Below, piece by piece: positions 21,898 to 31,992 of a stretch of 64,000 nucleotides of DNA. Position 1 is the stretch's first letter, and every line of letters begins with the position of its first letter. Below the pieces are notes generated by a model. That model saw only the letters and a list, made by a program, of their open reading frames with translations. It was not told where the DNA came from and made no database searches. Both the position numbers and the translations under genes were made by a program. Origin of the DNA: Planctomycetota bacterium (GTDB lineage: Bacteria > Planctomycetota > UBA1135 > UBA2386); contig JBKAGP010000001.1 of assembly GCA_046290465.1 (NCBI GenBank), positions 1,920,001 through 1,984,000 of the forward strand, written 5' to 3'.

Positions 21898-22827
21898 CTA
21901 CCCACCCGCCTGCCACGCCGCCACGCGCAAGTGCTCGAGCCACTGCGCGGCCGAGAACATGCCGATCGGCCCGCCGTCCGGCGAACCGGCCAGCGCGAAC
22001 AGGATCTCGGTCGCCGCCTTGTGCAGGTCGGGATCCGGCTCGGCCAGCAGGTGCCAGACCGGCAGCGTGTCCTGCGGCCGCATGCAGACCGCCCCGATCT
22101 TGCGCACCAGCGCGACCCGTTCTTCGGCCGCGACCTTGGCGTGGCGCAGTTCGTCGAAGCGATCGAACAGCTTCTGCAGCTGCATCGAGGCGTCGAGGAA
22201 CATCGGCGTGCCGAGGCCGTCGGCGTCGAGCCTGGCGATCGCGCCGGCCGGCACGAACACCTCGCGGTCGCGGTCGCCGAAGGTCACCGCGCCCTCGGTC
22301 ACGTAGACGCGCTGGCCCCCGTCGGCGCCGACGTGCAGTTCGTAGCGACAGCCCTGGTCGACGACGGTCGCACCGGGCGTGTCGACGACGAAGAACCGCG
22401 GCGGCACCGCCGGCGGCGGCGCGACCTTGGCGACCATGCCGCCGCGCTGCAGCCGGAAGCGCAGCTCGTCGCGCCGCCAGTGCACGAACGTCAGCTCGCT
22501 GCCGGCGGCGAGTTCGATCGAGATGCGGTCGTCGACCACGACCGTGCGCGGTTCCTTGCCGGCGACGATCCGGCACGACGGCGCGCCTTCGCAGATCGGC
22601 GCGTCGTCGACCAGCCACCACGACAGCAACAGGGCGGCGGCAGCGGCCACCAGCAGCCACGGCCAGCGGCGGGGCGAGCGGACCGGCGCCGCATCGAGCA
22701 CGCGCTCGCTCGGCGCCGACGCGTGGCGCAGCGGCCGCAGCGCGCGCTCGAGCGCGACGATCTCCGGATCGGGCGGCGCCGACGGATCGTGCAGGTAGTC
22801 GTCGTGGCTCGAGTCACCGTGGCTCAC
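21898..22827 (-). CDS. FecR-like anti-sigma factor
   Basis: Short N-terminus (DDYLHDPS..PDPEIVALE), one TM helix, FecR-like strands (FVVDTPGATVVDQGCRY, VYVTEGAV); GTGA overlap with the sigma gene. Confidence 0.75.
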   Translation of the reverse strand: MSHGDSSHDDYLHDPSAPPDPEIVALERALRPLRHASAPSERVLDAAPVRSPRRWPWLLVAAAAALLLSWWLVDDAPICEGAPSCRIVAGKEPRTVVVDDRISIELAAGSELTFVHWRRDELRFRLQRGGMVAKVAPPPAVPPRFFVVDTPGATVVDQGCRYELHVGADGGQRVYVTEGAVTFGDRDREVFVPAGAIARLDADGLGTPMFLDASMQLQKLFDRFDELRHAKVAAEERVALVRKIGAVCMRPQDTLPVWHLLAEPDPDLHKAATEILFALAGSPDGGPIGMFSAAQWLEHLRVAAWQAGG

Positions 22828-23426
22828 GGCGTCACCTCCGGCAGCAGGTTCTTCAGGCGTTCGCGCAGCATCGCCATGCCGCGCGTCAGGTTGACCCGCA
22901 CCGAGCCGTGCGTCATGCCGGTGCGCGCGGCGATCTCGGCCCCCGACAGGCCGGAGACCAGCCGCAGCAGCAGCGGCTCGCGGTAGGCCTCGGGCAGCTG
23001 CTGCACGGCCTCGAACACGCGCTCGGTGGTCTCGCTGGCCTCGGCCGCGTCGGCCGGCGACGCCGCCGCCTCGTCCGGCATCGCGTGGCGCGCGTCGTCC
23101 GGGATCGCGCGCGGAGCGCGCTGGTCGCGACGCAGCAGGTCGCGGGACGCGTTGCGGGCGCTGGTGCACAGGAACCCGGCGAAGGCGCCGGGATCACGGA
23201 GTCGGGAGAGCGAGGCGAACACGGTGCAGAACACGTCCTGGGTGACGTCGTCGGCCGACTGGCGGCCCACATGGGCGAGCGCGATCGCGTGCACCGTCGG
23301 CGCGAACTCCTCGTACAGCGCCGCCCGCGCGGCGCGGTCGCCGAGCTGGGCCTTCGGCACGAGCGCGCGCCAGGCGGGCTCGTGGTCCGAAGCGGGTTCG
23401 CCGACGCGTTCGGCCATGCGCGGCAT
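22824..23426 (-). CDS. ECF RNA polymerase sigma factor
   Basis: Region 2 ADDVTQDVF; region 4 LPEAYREPLLLR...SGAEIA...GSVRVNLTRG. Confidence 0.92.
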   Translation of the reverse strand: MPRMAERVGEPASDHEPAWRALVPKAQLGDRAARAALYEEFAPTVHAIALAHVGRQSADDVTQDVFCTVFASLSRLRDPGAFAGFLCTSARNASRDLLRRDQRAPRAIPDDARHAMPDEAAASPADAAEASETTERVFEAVQQLPEAYREPLLLRLVSGLSGAEIAARTGMTHGSVRVNLTRGMAMLRERLKNLLPEVTP

Positions 23427-23498
23427 TGGACGCGGGCGCGCGGCGGCTGTTAACGAACTTTCGTGCGTTCGGCCGGCTCCGGTAGCGGAGCGCTTCGC

Positions 23499-23942
23499 CT
23501 ACACCGACGGCGACTCGAGCTGCAGCGGCGGCGCCGACGGCACCAGGAAGAAGCGGCCGATCGCGACCTCGAAGCGCGAGCCGTCGTCGCGCTCGAACAT
23601 GTAGGTGCCTTCCATCGTGCCCCACGACGTCTGCAGCGGGCAGTAGCTGATGTAGCTGTAGCTCTCGCCGACCTCGAGCTGCGGGTACTCGCCGACCACG
23701 CCGCGGCCGCGGACCTCTTCGCGATGGCCCTCGCCGTCGACGATGATCCAGTGCCGCGACAGCAGCCGCGCCCGCTCTTCGCCGACGTTGCTCATCGTGA
23801 TCTTGTAGCGGAACACGTAGCTCTGCTGCGGCTCGGCGCCCGGGTCGCGGAACTCCTGCGGGAGCACCTCCTGCGGCATGTACTCGGCGGCCGCGTAGAC
23901 GCGGATGCCGGCGGTGGTCGTGTCCGAGTGCGGGTTGCTCAT
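23499..23942 (-). CDS. apaG: ApaG domain protein
   Basis: YVFRYKITMSN, LLSRHWII, EVRGRGVVGEYP, YSYISYCPLQTSWGTMEGTY. Start at ATG 23942. Confidence 0.92.
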   Translation of the reverse strand: MSNPHSDTTTAGIRVYAAAEYMPQEVLPQEFRDPGAEPQQSYVFRYKITMSNVGEERARLLSRHWIIVDGEGHREEVRGRGVVGEYPQLEVGESYSYISYCPLQTSWGTMEGTYMFERDDGSRFEVAIGRFFLVPSAPPLQLESPSV

Positions 23943-24021
23943 GGGGTGGCTCGTTGGGCGAGACGGCGAACCGGAGGATAGGGCGGGTTCGTGGAAATGC
24001 GAGGGGCCTCGCGGATCGCGC

Positions 24022-24405
24022 CTTGTGGCCGTGCGGCTTGCCGCCCTTCTTGAACTTGAGCTTGGTCTCGCCACCGGTCAGCACGAAGGCCTCGCCGGCG
24101 AGCTTGCCGGTCCACGACTCGGCCGCGTTGCCGTCGAGGATCTTGCCGCGGATCGTCAGTGCCATCGTCTTCTCGTCGAACTCGACGGTGGCCGACGGGT
24201 GCGAGTGCGACTCGTCCTCGCGCGGACGGCCGTGCACGCTCAGCTGCTTGCCGTCGTGCGAGAACGTCAGCGTCATGCCCTTCTGGTCCTCGGGCAGGAC
24301 CTCGGACCAGTTGCCGGCGAGCGGGCTCTTGGGACCTTCATCGGCGGCGCTGCAGGCGCCGAGGGCGAGCAGCGTGGAGAGAGCGAGGGTGTGGAGGGTC
24401 TTCAT
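24022..24405 (-). CDS. Small beta-rich lipoprotein; stop codon apparently lost (ORF reads through to 23194)
   Basis: Lipobox LALGAC; protein-like sequence up to KKGGKPHGH, then AAG where TAG would be expected, then a low-complexity shadow frame over apaG. Confidence 0.6.
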
Positions 24406-24486
24406 CGCGCCTTGCATTCTGCAACGGACGCGGCGAGTTGGAAGCCCCACCGCCGTGGAATGGTTCGCCAGCCGCGACCACGGCGC

Positions 24487-25001
24487 TCAGCGGCGCCGGC
24501 GGAACACCATCCGGATCCATACGCCCTGCCGCTCCTCTTCGACGATCAGCGTATCCCCCAGGTGCTGCAGCAGCTGCACCAAGGGCAGGCGGTCCGGATC
24601 GGCCCCCGGATCGCCCCCCGGATCGGCGGGCGCCGGATCGACGGTCGTCAGCGTCACCTTGTCGCCGTCCAGGGTCCAGCGGCCGCGGCCCTCGTCGACC
24701 TGCACGCTGCCGTCCGCAGCCGGCACCCCGCGCGACCAGGACGCCGAGCCGTCGGCCCGCAGGTCGTAGGATCCGGTCACCTCGGCCGCCTTCTGCGCCA
24801 CCAGCGCAACGACCTCGGGCCGTTCGCGGGCTGCCTCCGGCAGCAGCTGCAGCAGCTGCGCCGCCAGCCCGCTGCGTTCGCCGTCAAAGCGATAGACCCC
24901 CACCGCCGGCCCCAGCTCCTCCCCCCACAACCGCCCGCCAGCACGGCAACCGCCGCAACCAGGAGTACCGACCCCGACCACCGCCTGCGCCGCCCCTTCA
25001 T
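24487..25001 (-). pseudogene. Lipoprotein gene frameshifted at a G6 tract (pseudogene, phase-variable gene or sequencing indel)
   Basis: Signal/lipobox MKGRRRRWSGSVLLVAAVAVLAGGC is in one frame and the body EELGPAVGVYRFDG...WIRMVFRRRR in another; one extra G at 24921-24926 joins them. Confidence 0.65.
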
Positions 25002-25014
25002 GCTCCAAGCCTGC

Positions 25015-25056
25015 CAGACAACCGGGTCCGAGAGACAGACAACCGGGTCCGAGAGA
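25015..25056. repeat. 21-bp perfect tandem duplication
   Basis: cagacaaccgggtccgagaga x2, immediately upstream of the frameshifted lipoprotein gene. Confidence 0.9.
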
Positions 25057-25092
25057 TTGGTGCCGCGCACGACTGGTTCCGGGACAAGACCA

Positions 25093-25950
25093 CTAGCCGG
25101 CGAGTTCGGGAACGGGCTCGACGGCGACGATGTGGCCCTTGTCGTCCTTGGCGAGCGCGCAGGCGGAGACCTGCGGATCGTGCGTGAAGAACAGGCGGCC
25201 GCGGCGGGCCTCGAGGTCGGCGAGCAGCGCGGACTTCTCGTCGATCAGCTTTTCCGGGTAGCGGTCGTAGCCCATCGTGATCGCGCGACGCACCCACGGA
25301 ACACCCGGGATCAGGTCGGCGCAGAACACGATCGGGCCGTCGTCGGTCGCGATCTCGCACAGCAGCATGCCCGGCGTGTGGCCATCGCTCTGGTGCATGC
25401 GGTAGCCGTCGCCGAGCGTCTCGCTGCGCGCACCGGCCACGCGTTCGAGCCGCCCGGTCGCCTCGAGCAGGCCCGGCAGCTCGGGGATGAAGCTCTTGCG
25501 ATCGCGCGGGTGCGGCTGCAGCGCGCGCTGCCAGGCCTGCTCCCCGACCACGTAGCGGGCGTTGCCGAACACCAGTTCGGGCAGCCGATCGTCCCGGTGC
25601 GCGGCCAGCACGCCACCGGCGTGGTCGAAGTGCAGGTGCGACAACACCACGACGTCGACCTGTTCGGGCGCGACCCCGAGCGCCGCCAGGTTGTCGAGCA
25701 GCACGTGCTGCGACTCCTGCACCCCGAAGCGTTCGCGCAGCGCCGGCGGGAAGAACGCGCCGATGCCGGCCTCGAACAGGATCGTGCGATCGCCGTCCTG
25801 CACCAGCAGGCACCGGCAGGCGAGGTCGATGCGGTTGTGCTCGTCGGCCGGCGCCCACTGCTGCCACATCGCCTTCGGCGCGTTGCCGAACATCGAACCG
25901 CCGTCGAGCTTCTGCGAGTTGCCGAGCACCGAGTAGAGCCTGCGCGCCAT
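25093..25950 (-). CDS. MBL-fold metallo-hydrolase
   Basis: [33 protein letters not shown]. Confidence 0.92.
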   Translation of the reverse strand: MARRLYSVLGNSQKLDGGSMFGNAPKAMWQQWAPADEHNRIDLACRCLLVQDGDRTILFEAGIGAFFPPALRERFGVQESQHVLLDNLAALGVAPEQVDVVVLSHLHFDHAGGVLAAHRDDRLPELVFGNARYVVGEQAWQRALQPHPRDRKSFIPELPGLLEATGRLERVAGARSETLGDGYRMHQSDGHTPGMLLCEIATDDGPIVFCADLIPGVPWVRRAITMGYDRYPEKLIDEKSALLADLEARRGRLFFTHDPQVSACALAKDDKGHIVAVEPVPELAG

Positions 25951-27011
25951 CAGTTGGCCTCCTTGCGCACGCGCGTCAGGATGCGGCGCGTCACGTCGCC
26001 GAGCTTAACCCGTTCGAGGTTGCACATCACCACGACCCCGATCCGCCGCTCGGGCAGCATCAGCAGCATCGTGCTGACCCGCGACTGCGCGCCGCTGTGT
26101 CCGATCAACGGCTCGCCGCCGAGTTCGCGCACGGTGAACCCCATGCCGTAGCCGGTCGCCTCGCCGTCGCTGGTCCGCTGCGACGTCCACATCGTCGCCA
26201 GCGTCTCGTCGGACACCAGCCTGCCGGCCATCAGCGCCTGCGCGAACCGCGCCAGATCCGGAGCCGAACTGCACAGGCCACCGCCCCCGAGCTTGTAGCT
26301 GCTGTCCATCAGCTGGCTGTTCTGCAGCCGCCCACCGCGCAGCACGTAGCCCTGCGCCCGGTGCCGGATGATCCGCCGCTGGTCGTCGTCCTGCAGCGAC
26401 GGCGCGCCCGACGGCGCGGCGATGTGCTTCGCCAGCACACTGGCGAACGACCGGTCGTGCACCGTCTCCACCACCGCCGCGACCAGGTTGAACCCGTAGG
26501 TGCTGTAGCGGTACTTGCTGCCCGGCTCGTGCAGCAGCGGATCGCTCGCGAACCGTTCGAGCCCCTGACGCTGGTTGGGGTAGTGCCGGGTGCTCTCGCC
26601 CTCGCGCAGGTAGTGCCGCACGCCGCCGAGGTGGCCGAGCAGCTGCCGGGTGGTCACCGGCCAGCGCTTCTTCGGCCATTCCTCGACCAGGCCGTGCACG
26701 TCGCGGTCGAGATCCAGGCGCCCCTGCTCGGCCAGCTGCAGCGCCAGCACCGCGGCGACCGGCTTGGAGATCGATGCCAGCCGGTAGACGGTGTGCTCGG
26801 TCGCCGGCACGTCGTTCTCGACGTCGCTCAGGCCGAAGCCTCGGCTGTACAGAAGCTGGTCACCGCCGACGACGGCGCACGACAGGCCCGGGATCCGATC
26901 GGCGGCGATCTTGGCCTCGAGCAGCTGCGTGACGTCGCGTTCGAGGTCGGTCTGGGCATGGCCGAGGGCGGCCAGCAGGAACGGAACCAGCAGACGGAAA
27001 GGCATTGCCAT
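25950..27011 (-). CDS. Secreted serine hydrolase, beta-lactamase/AmpC-like family
   Basis: Signal peptide; ASISK (SxxK), YRYSTYG, GHSG. Confidence 0.9.
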   Translation of the reverse strand: MAMPFRLLVPFLLAALGHAQTDLERDVTQLLEAKIAADRIPGLSCAVVGGDQLLYSRGFGLSDVENDVPATEHTVYRLASISKPVAAVLALQLAEQGRLDLDRDVHGLVEEWPKKRWPVTTRQLLGHLGGVRHYLREGESTRHYPNQRQGLERFASDPLLHEPGSKYRYSTYGFNLVAAVVETVHDRSFASVLAKHIAAPSGAPSLQDDDQRRIIRHRAQGYVLRGGRLQNSQLMDSSYKLGGGGLCSSAPDLARFAQALMAGRLVSDETLATMWTSQRTSDGEATGYGMGFTVRELGGEPLIGHSGAQSRVSTMLLMLPERRIGVVVMCNLERVKLGDVTRRILTRVRKEAN

Positions 27012-27129
27012 GGATGGTCGGGTCGGGGCGTTCCCCGACGCGGGGCAACCATACGGAATGCGCCTCCGTCCCCTGCTGAATATCCCTCAACCGGCGGGCC
27101 GTCGCAGGCCGATCCCAGGGAGACCGCCA

Positions 27130-28161
27130 ATGCTACGAGCCATCCTCAACCACGTGCTTCTCCCGACCGCGCCCGCCGCCATGGCGACCGCCCTCGGCTG
27201 GCCCGCCTTCGGGGTCCAGGGCCGCACCGCGCTGATCGCGGCGATCCTCGGCAGCATCGCCGTCGGCGTCTGGCAACTGCTGCGCGAGCGCCGCCGCCAG
27301 GACGAGCTCGGGCAGATGACCCAGAACGCCCGGCAGCTGGCCAACGGCACGGACCTCGGCAGCGCGAGCTGGACGTTTGCAACCAGCGGCGAACTGCAGC
27401 AGCTCAACGCCCAGCTGCAGGGCCTGGTGCAGAGCGCCGCATCGGCCGTCGCGGCGGCCCGCGCCGAGGCCGGCAGCGCCGGGGACCTCGCGACCGGCCT
27501 GCAGGTCGGCGAGGCCGAGGGCGAACGCGCCCGCAACCTCGAGCACCTGACCAACCTGCAGTCGATCTCCGCCGCGCTCGAGGAGATGACCACGATCGTC
27601 ACCGAGACCGCCCGCAGCGCCGGCGACGCCAGCGAGCTGGCGCAGAGCGCCGAGAGCGTCGCGACCAACGGTTCGCAGTCGATGCAGCGCATGGTCGAGG
27701 CCATGGGCGAGATCGAGACCTCGTCGACCGAGATCTCGCGCATCATCAAGGTGATCGACGACATCGCGTTCCAGACCAACCTGCTGGCGCTCAACGCCGC
27801 GGTCGAAGCCGCGCGCGCCGGCGAGGCCGGCAAGGGCTTCGCCGTCGTCGCCGAAGAGGTGCGCAGCCTCGCGCAGCGCAGCGCCGAGGCGGCCAAGAAC
27901 ACCTCGGCCCTGATCGCGGCCGCCAGCCAGCGCGCCCAGCGCGGCAGCCAGCTGTCGCAGGAAGTCGACGGCATGCTGGTCGAGATCGTCGAGGCGACCA
28001 CCCGCTTCACCAGCCTGGTCACCCAGATCGCCACCAGCACCAAGGAACAGTCGGACGGCATCCAGCAGGTCACCCGCAGCGTCGGCGAACTGCAGGCCGC
28101 CGGCATGCGCGGCACCGCGACGACCACCGACCTCGGCGGCGACTTCTCGTTCGGCGACTGA
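27130..28161 (+). CDS. Methyl-accepting chemotaxis protein, short, without a periplasmic sensor domain
   Basis: Signalling tip [43 protein letters not shown]; two closely spaced N-terminal hydrophobic segments. Start at ATG 27130. Confidence 0.9.
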   Translation: MLRAILNHVLLPTAPAAMATALGWPAFGVQGRTALIAAILGSIAVGVWQLLRERRRQDELGQMTQNARQLANGTDLGSASWTFATSGELQQLNAQLQGLVQSAASAVAAARAEAGSAGDLATGLQVGEAEGERARNLEHLTNLQSISAALEEMTTIVTETARSAGDASELAQSAESVATNGSQSMQRMVEAMGEIETSSTEISRIIKVIDDIAFQTNLLALNAAVEAARAGEAGKGFAVVAEEVRSLAQRSAEAAKNTSALIAAASQRAQRGSQLSQEVDGMLVEIVEATTRFTSLVTQIATSTKEQSDGIQQVTRSVGELQAAGMRGTATTTDLGGDFSFGD

Positions 28162-28206
28162 CCCCTGGCGATTGCGTCGCGGCGGTCTGAAGGGCACGCT
28201 CGACGC

Positions 28207-28707
28207 ATGACCGCCACCGAGTCCCTGCAACCACCGAGCCGCCTCGCTCCGCGCGTGGTGCCGTACTGGATCCTCGGGGACGGCCTGACGTCGATCGTGC
28301 TGGCGGCGCTGCTCTGGTTCCTCGGCCGGCCGTGGCTGGCCGACAACTGGGAGCAGTGGTCCCCCGCCTGGGAGAACGCGCTGCTCGGCCTCTGCGCCGG
28401 CATGCTGGGCCTGGCGCTGCTGATCCCGCCGCTCAACTACGCGCGCTGGCGCTACGGCTTCGTCGGCGACCTGCTGCTGATGCGCTACGGGATCCTGTTC
28501 GTCGAAGAACGCGCCGTGCCGGTCCGACGCATGCAGCACGTCGACCTGTCCCGCGGCCCGATCGAACGGCTGTTCGGACTGGCGACGCTGGTCGTGTTCA
28601 CCGCCGGCAACGAGGGCTCGGCGTTCCGTGTGCCGGGCCTGCCGGTCCAGCTGGCCCAGGAGCTGCGCGATCGCATCGTGCAGATGCGCGGTGACGGACG
28701 CCTCTGA
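28207..28707 (+). CDS. YdbS-like bacterial PH-domain membrane protein
   Basis: Two TMs followed by WRY..., RMQHVDLSRGPIERLFGLATLVVFTAG. Confidence 0.85.
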   Translation: MTATESLQPPSRLAPRVVPYWILGDGLTSIVLAALLWFLGRPWLADNWEQWSPAWENALLGLCAGMLGLALLIPPLNYARWRYGFVGDLLLMRYGILFVEERAVPVRRMQHVDLSRGPIERLFGLATLVVFTAGNEGSAFRVPGLPVQLAQELRDRIVQMRGDGRL

Positions 28708-30394
28708 TCCCCCGCCGCTGCCGTCGGACCCCCGCGCTGCGGGGTCCCTGCCGTCAGAAGGGTCCCCGCCGTCAGAAGGGTCCTGGCCGCCGGAAGGGTC
28801 CCTGCCGCCTGCAGGACTGCCGCGCGAGCCCGGGCCGGTCGACGCCGCGAGCCCGCCGTCCCCGGACGCGACCATCCTGGCCCGCGGCCACCTGCACCCG
28901 GCGATCCTGCTGCTGCGGCTGCTCGACGCGCTGCGACAGGTGGTGTTCCCGCTGGTGCTCGGCATCGCGGTCGAACGCTGGTTCCTGGTCGCCGCGCTGG
29001 TGCTGTTCGTGCTGCAGCTCGGCTACTCGGTCGTGCGCTACCTGACGCTCGAGTACACGCTGACCGACGAGGAGCTGCGCATCCGCGAGGGCCTGCTGCA
29101 CCGGCAGGAACGGCGCATCCCGCTCGATCGCATCCAGGATCTCGGCTTCGAGTCGACCATCCTGCGGCGCGCGCTCGGCCTCTCCGTGGTGATGGTCGAG
29201 ACCGCCTCCGGCCGCGGCGTCGAGGCCCGCCTCGACGCGCTGTCGCGCTCGGACGCCGAACACCTGCGCGAGGTGCTGATGGCCGCGCGGCCGGCGTCGG
29301 CACGGCGCAAGACGACCGACGAGCCGGCGGATCCGGACGACGCGTCGCCCGAACGTTCGCCCACGATCGCCGCGCCCGAGGCGGCCACGCCACAGGTCGA
29401 GTGGCTGGTGCACCAGAGCACCACTGGCGAACTGCTGCTGCGCGGCGCCACCGACATGCGGCTCGGCGCGTTCGTGGTCACCGGCTACGCCGCGTTCGAA
29501 CTGGCCGACCGCCTCGGCTTCGTGACCCAGCTCGCCGGCGTCGCCAGCAGCTTCCGCGACTGGCTGTCGTCGCTGCCGCCGGTGCTGATCCTCGGCGTGC
29601 TCGCGGCGCTGCTGTTCACCGTGATGGCGTTCGGCGTGATCACGTCGACGCTCGGCAACCTGGTCCAGTTCCACGGCTTCCACCTGCGGCTGCGCGGCGA
29701 CGTGCTGCAGCGCCGGTTCGGCCTGCTGACCACCCGCCAGAAGACGCTGCCGCGCGCCCGCGTGCAGCGCGTCACCATCGAACAGACCTGGCTGCGGCGC
29801 CTGATCGGCTTCGCCGTGGTCAAGGCCGACTCGGCCGGCGGCAGCCGCACCGACGGCCAGGACGCCACCGGCGGCTGGGACGTGGTCGTGCCGCTGACGC
29901 GCTACGGCACCGCCCACGCGCTGCTGCCGGCGCTGCTGCCGGGCATCGAGCACGCGACGTTCCAGTGGCACCGTGGCTCGCCCAAGCTGATCGCGCGCAC
30001 CGCGGTACAGGGCGTCTTCCTCGCGGCCGTGGTGATCGGCGGCCTGTGGTGGAAGGTCGGTGCGATGGCGCTGTGGGGCCTGCTGCTGGTGCCGCTGTGG
30101 TCGGTGCTCGGCGTGCTGATCTGGCGCAACCTCGGCTGGGCCCGCGGCGACGACTTCTTCGCGCTGCAGCACGGCGTGATCGGCAAGACCTTTGCCTGCG
30201 TGCCGACCGCCAAGGTGCAGGCCGTGGTCGTGCGCCAGGGCATCGTCAGCCAACTGCTCGGCCTCGCCGACCTGACGGTCTACGTCGCCGGCGGCAGCCC
30301 GACCCGCATCCCGGACCTGACCCTGAACGACGCACGGCAGCTGTGCCAGGCGCTCGCCGAACGCGCCGCGCTCGCCGCGGCCGCCGACTGGTAG
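28691..30394 (+). CDS. YdbT-like membrane protein with three bacterial PH domains
   Basis: IPLDRIQDL...LGL...ETA; RVQRVTIEQTWLRRLIG; KVQAVVVRQG...LLGLADL; paired with the YdbS-like gene. GTG start at 28691. Confidence 0.85.
   Translation: MTDASDPPPLPSDPRAAGSLPSEGSPPSEGSWPPEGSLPPAGLPREPGPVDAASPPSPDATILARGHLHPAILLLRLLDALRQVVFPLVLGIAVERWFLVAALVLFVLQLGYSVVRYLTLEYTLTDEELRIREGLLHRQERRIPLDRIQDLGFESTILRRALGLSVVMVETASGRGVEARLDALSRSDAEHLREVLMAARPASARRKTTDEPADPDDASPERSPTIAAPEAATPQVEWLVHQSTTGELLLRGATDMRLGAFVVTGYAAFELADRLGFVTQLAGVASSFRDWLSSLPPVLILGVLAALLFTVMAFGVITSTLGNLVQFHGFHLRLRGDVLQRRFGLLTTRQKTLPRARVQRVTIEQTWLRRLIGFAVVKADSAGGSRTDGQDATGGWDVVVPLTRYGTAHALLPALLPGIEHATFQWHRGSPKLIARTAVQGVFLAAVVIGGLWWKVGAMALWGLLLVPLWSVLGVLIWRNLGWARGDDFFALQHGVIGKTFACVPTAKVQAVVVRQGIVSQLLGLADLTVYVAGGSPTRIPDLTLNDARQLCQALAERAALAAAADW
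28742..28813 (+). repeat. 18-bp coding tandem repeat x4 (GSLPSE GSPPSE GSWPPE GSLPPA)
   Basis: gggtccctgccgtcagaa / gggtccccgccgtcagaa / gggtcctggccgccggaa / gggtccctgccgcctgca. Confidence 0.8.
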
Positions 30395-30450
30395 GCGCCG
30401 CGTTCCGGACTTTTGGTGCCACCGCTGGCGACTCCGGTCCCCACAACCGT

Positions 30451-31971
30451 GTGCACACCTCCACGATCACGATCGGCTGCGGCATGGTGCAGGGCGTCGA
30501 CGCGGTGCCGGTGCTGGTCGAGGCCACCACGCGCCACGCCGGCGACGGCACGCCGCGGCTGCTCGGCCTCGTCGACACCTGCGTGCGCGAGGCCTACCAC
30601 CGCGTGCTGCAGGCGTTCTACGCGCTCGGACTGCCGTCGCCGCGCGGCGTCACCACCGTCAACTTCGCCCCGGCCTCGCTGAAGAAGCGCGGCAGCGGCT
30701 TCGACCTGCCGCTGGCCCTGGCGCTCGCCGGCGCCGCCGGGCTGTTCCCGCCCGAGCGGGCGCGCGGCCTGTTCGCGTTCGGCGAGATCAGCCTGCGCGG
30801 GGTGGTGCTGCCGGCGCGCGGCGCCGTCAGCGTCGCGCTCGCGGCCCGCCAGCAGCGTGCCTACGCGATGCTGTGCTGCCCCGACGACGCGGTCGATTGC
30901 GCCGTCGTCGACGGCCTGCCGCTGCACGGCGCCGCGACGCTCGCCGATGCGCTGCACTGGCTCGCCGGCCGCCGCGAGCTGCCGCCGACGGAGCCGCCGT
31001 CACCGCCGCCGGGCGGCGCGCCGGCCGCCATCGACCTCGGCGACATCCGCGGCCACGAGACGCCCAAGCTGGCGCTGCAGGTCGCCGCCGCCGGCGGCCA
31101 CAACCTGCTGTTCTCGGGCCCGCCCGGCACCGGCAAGAGCGCGATGCTGCGCCGCCTGCCCGGGCTGCTGCCGCCGCTGACCGCGGACGAACGGCTGGCC
31201 GTGCTGCAGGTGCACGCGGCTGCCGGCCTGCAGGTTCCGGACGACCTGCCGCGACCGCTGCGGGCACCGCACCACACCAGTTCGGCGCAGAGCGTGCTCG
31301 GCGGCGGCGCCGACGTGCGCCCGGGCGAGGTCACGCTCGCGCACCACGGGGTGCTGTTCCTCGACGAGTTGCCCGAGTTCCGTCGCGACGTGCTCGAGGC
31401 GATGCGGCAGCCGCTCGAGGACGGCGCGGTGACCGTCGGCCGCGCGCAGCGCACGATCACGATGCCGGCTCGGTTCCTGCTGACCGCCGCGATGAACCCG
31501 TGCCCGTGTGGCTACCGCGGCCACCGCGACCGGCCGTGCCTGTGCACCCCCGCCGCGTTCGCCCGCTACCGCAACCGCCTGTCCGGCCCGCTGCTCGACC
31601 GCATCGACCTGCGCGTCGAGGTGCCGGCGCTCGGCGCTGCCGAGCTGCGCGCCGACGAGGATCCGCAGCAGACGACCCGTGCTTTGCGCGAGCCGGTGTT
31701 GCTCGCCCACCAGCGGCAGCTGCACCGCAACCGCGACGCCGCCGGCCGCTTCGTGCCCAACGGCCGCCTCGCCGACCGCCTGCTGCACCGCGCGGCGCGC
31801 GCCAGCGACGCCGCCTGGTCCGCGCTCGACGACCTGCTCGAGCGACACCACCAGAGCCCGCGCGGCCGGCTGCGCATCCTGCGCCTCGCACGCACGCTCG
31901 CCGACCTCGACGACCGCGACCGCATCGAGGACCACGACGTCCTGCAGGCAGGCGCGCTGCGGCTCGGATGA
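30451..31971 (+). CDS. comM: YifB/ComM Mg-chelatase-like AAA+ ATPase
   Basis: GSGFDLPLAL, GELSL-like GEISL, GGHNLLFSGPPGTGKS, RAPHHT, PGEVTLAHHGVLFLDELPEF, AMNPCPCG, SGPLLDRID. Confidence 0.9.
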   Translation: MHTSTITIGCGMVQGVDAVPVLVEATTRHAGDGTPRLLGLVDTCVREAYHRVLQAFYALGLPSPRGVTTVNFAPASLKKRGSGFDLPLALALAGAAGLFPPERARGLFAFGEISLRGVVLPARGAVSVALAARQQRAYAMLCCPDDAVDCAVVDGLPLHGAATLADALHWLAGRRELPPTEPPSPPPGGAPAAIDLGDIRGHETPKLALQVAAAGGHNLLFSGPPGTGKSAMLRRLPGLLPPLTADERLAVLQVHAAAGLQVPDDLPRPLRAPHHTSSAQSVLGGGADVRPGEVTLAHHGVLFLDELPEFRRDVLEAMRQPLEDGAVTVGRAQRTITMPARFLLTAAMNPCPCGYRGHRDRPCLCTPAAFARYRNRLSGPLLDRIDLRVEVPALGAAELRADEDPQQTTRALREPVLLAHQRQLHRNRDAAGRFVPNGRLADRLLHRAARASDAAWSALDDLLERHHQSPRGRLRILRLARTLADLDDRDRIEDHDVLQAGALRLG

Positions 31972-31992
31972 CGGCCCGCGCGGCCGCCGCGA

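Noticed and set aside
25093..27011. MBL + serine hydrolase pair as antibiotic-resistance beta-lactamases
   Set aside because: Both belong to broad hydrolase superfamilies. The MBL has no signal peptide and carries an LDGG-type motif unlike class B lactamases, so resistance cannot be supported.
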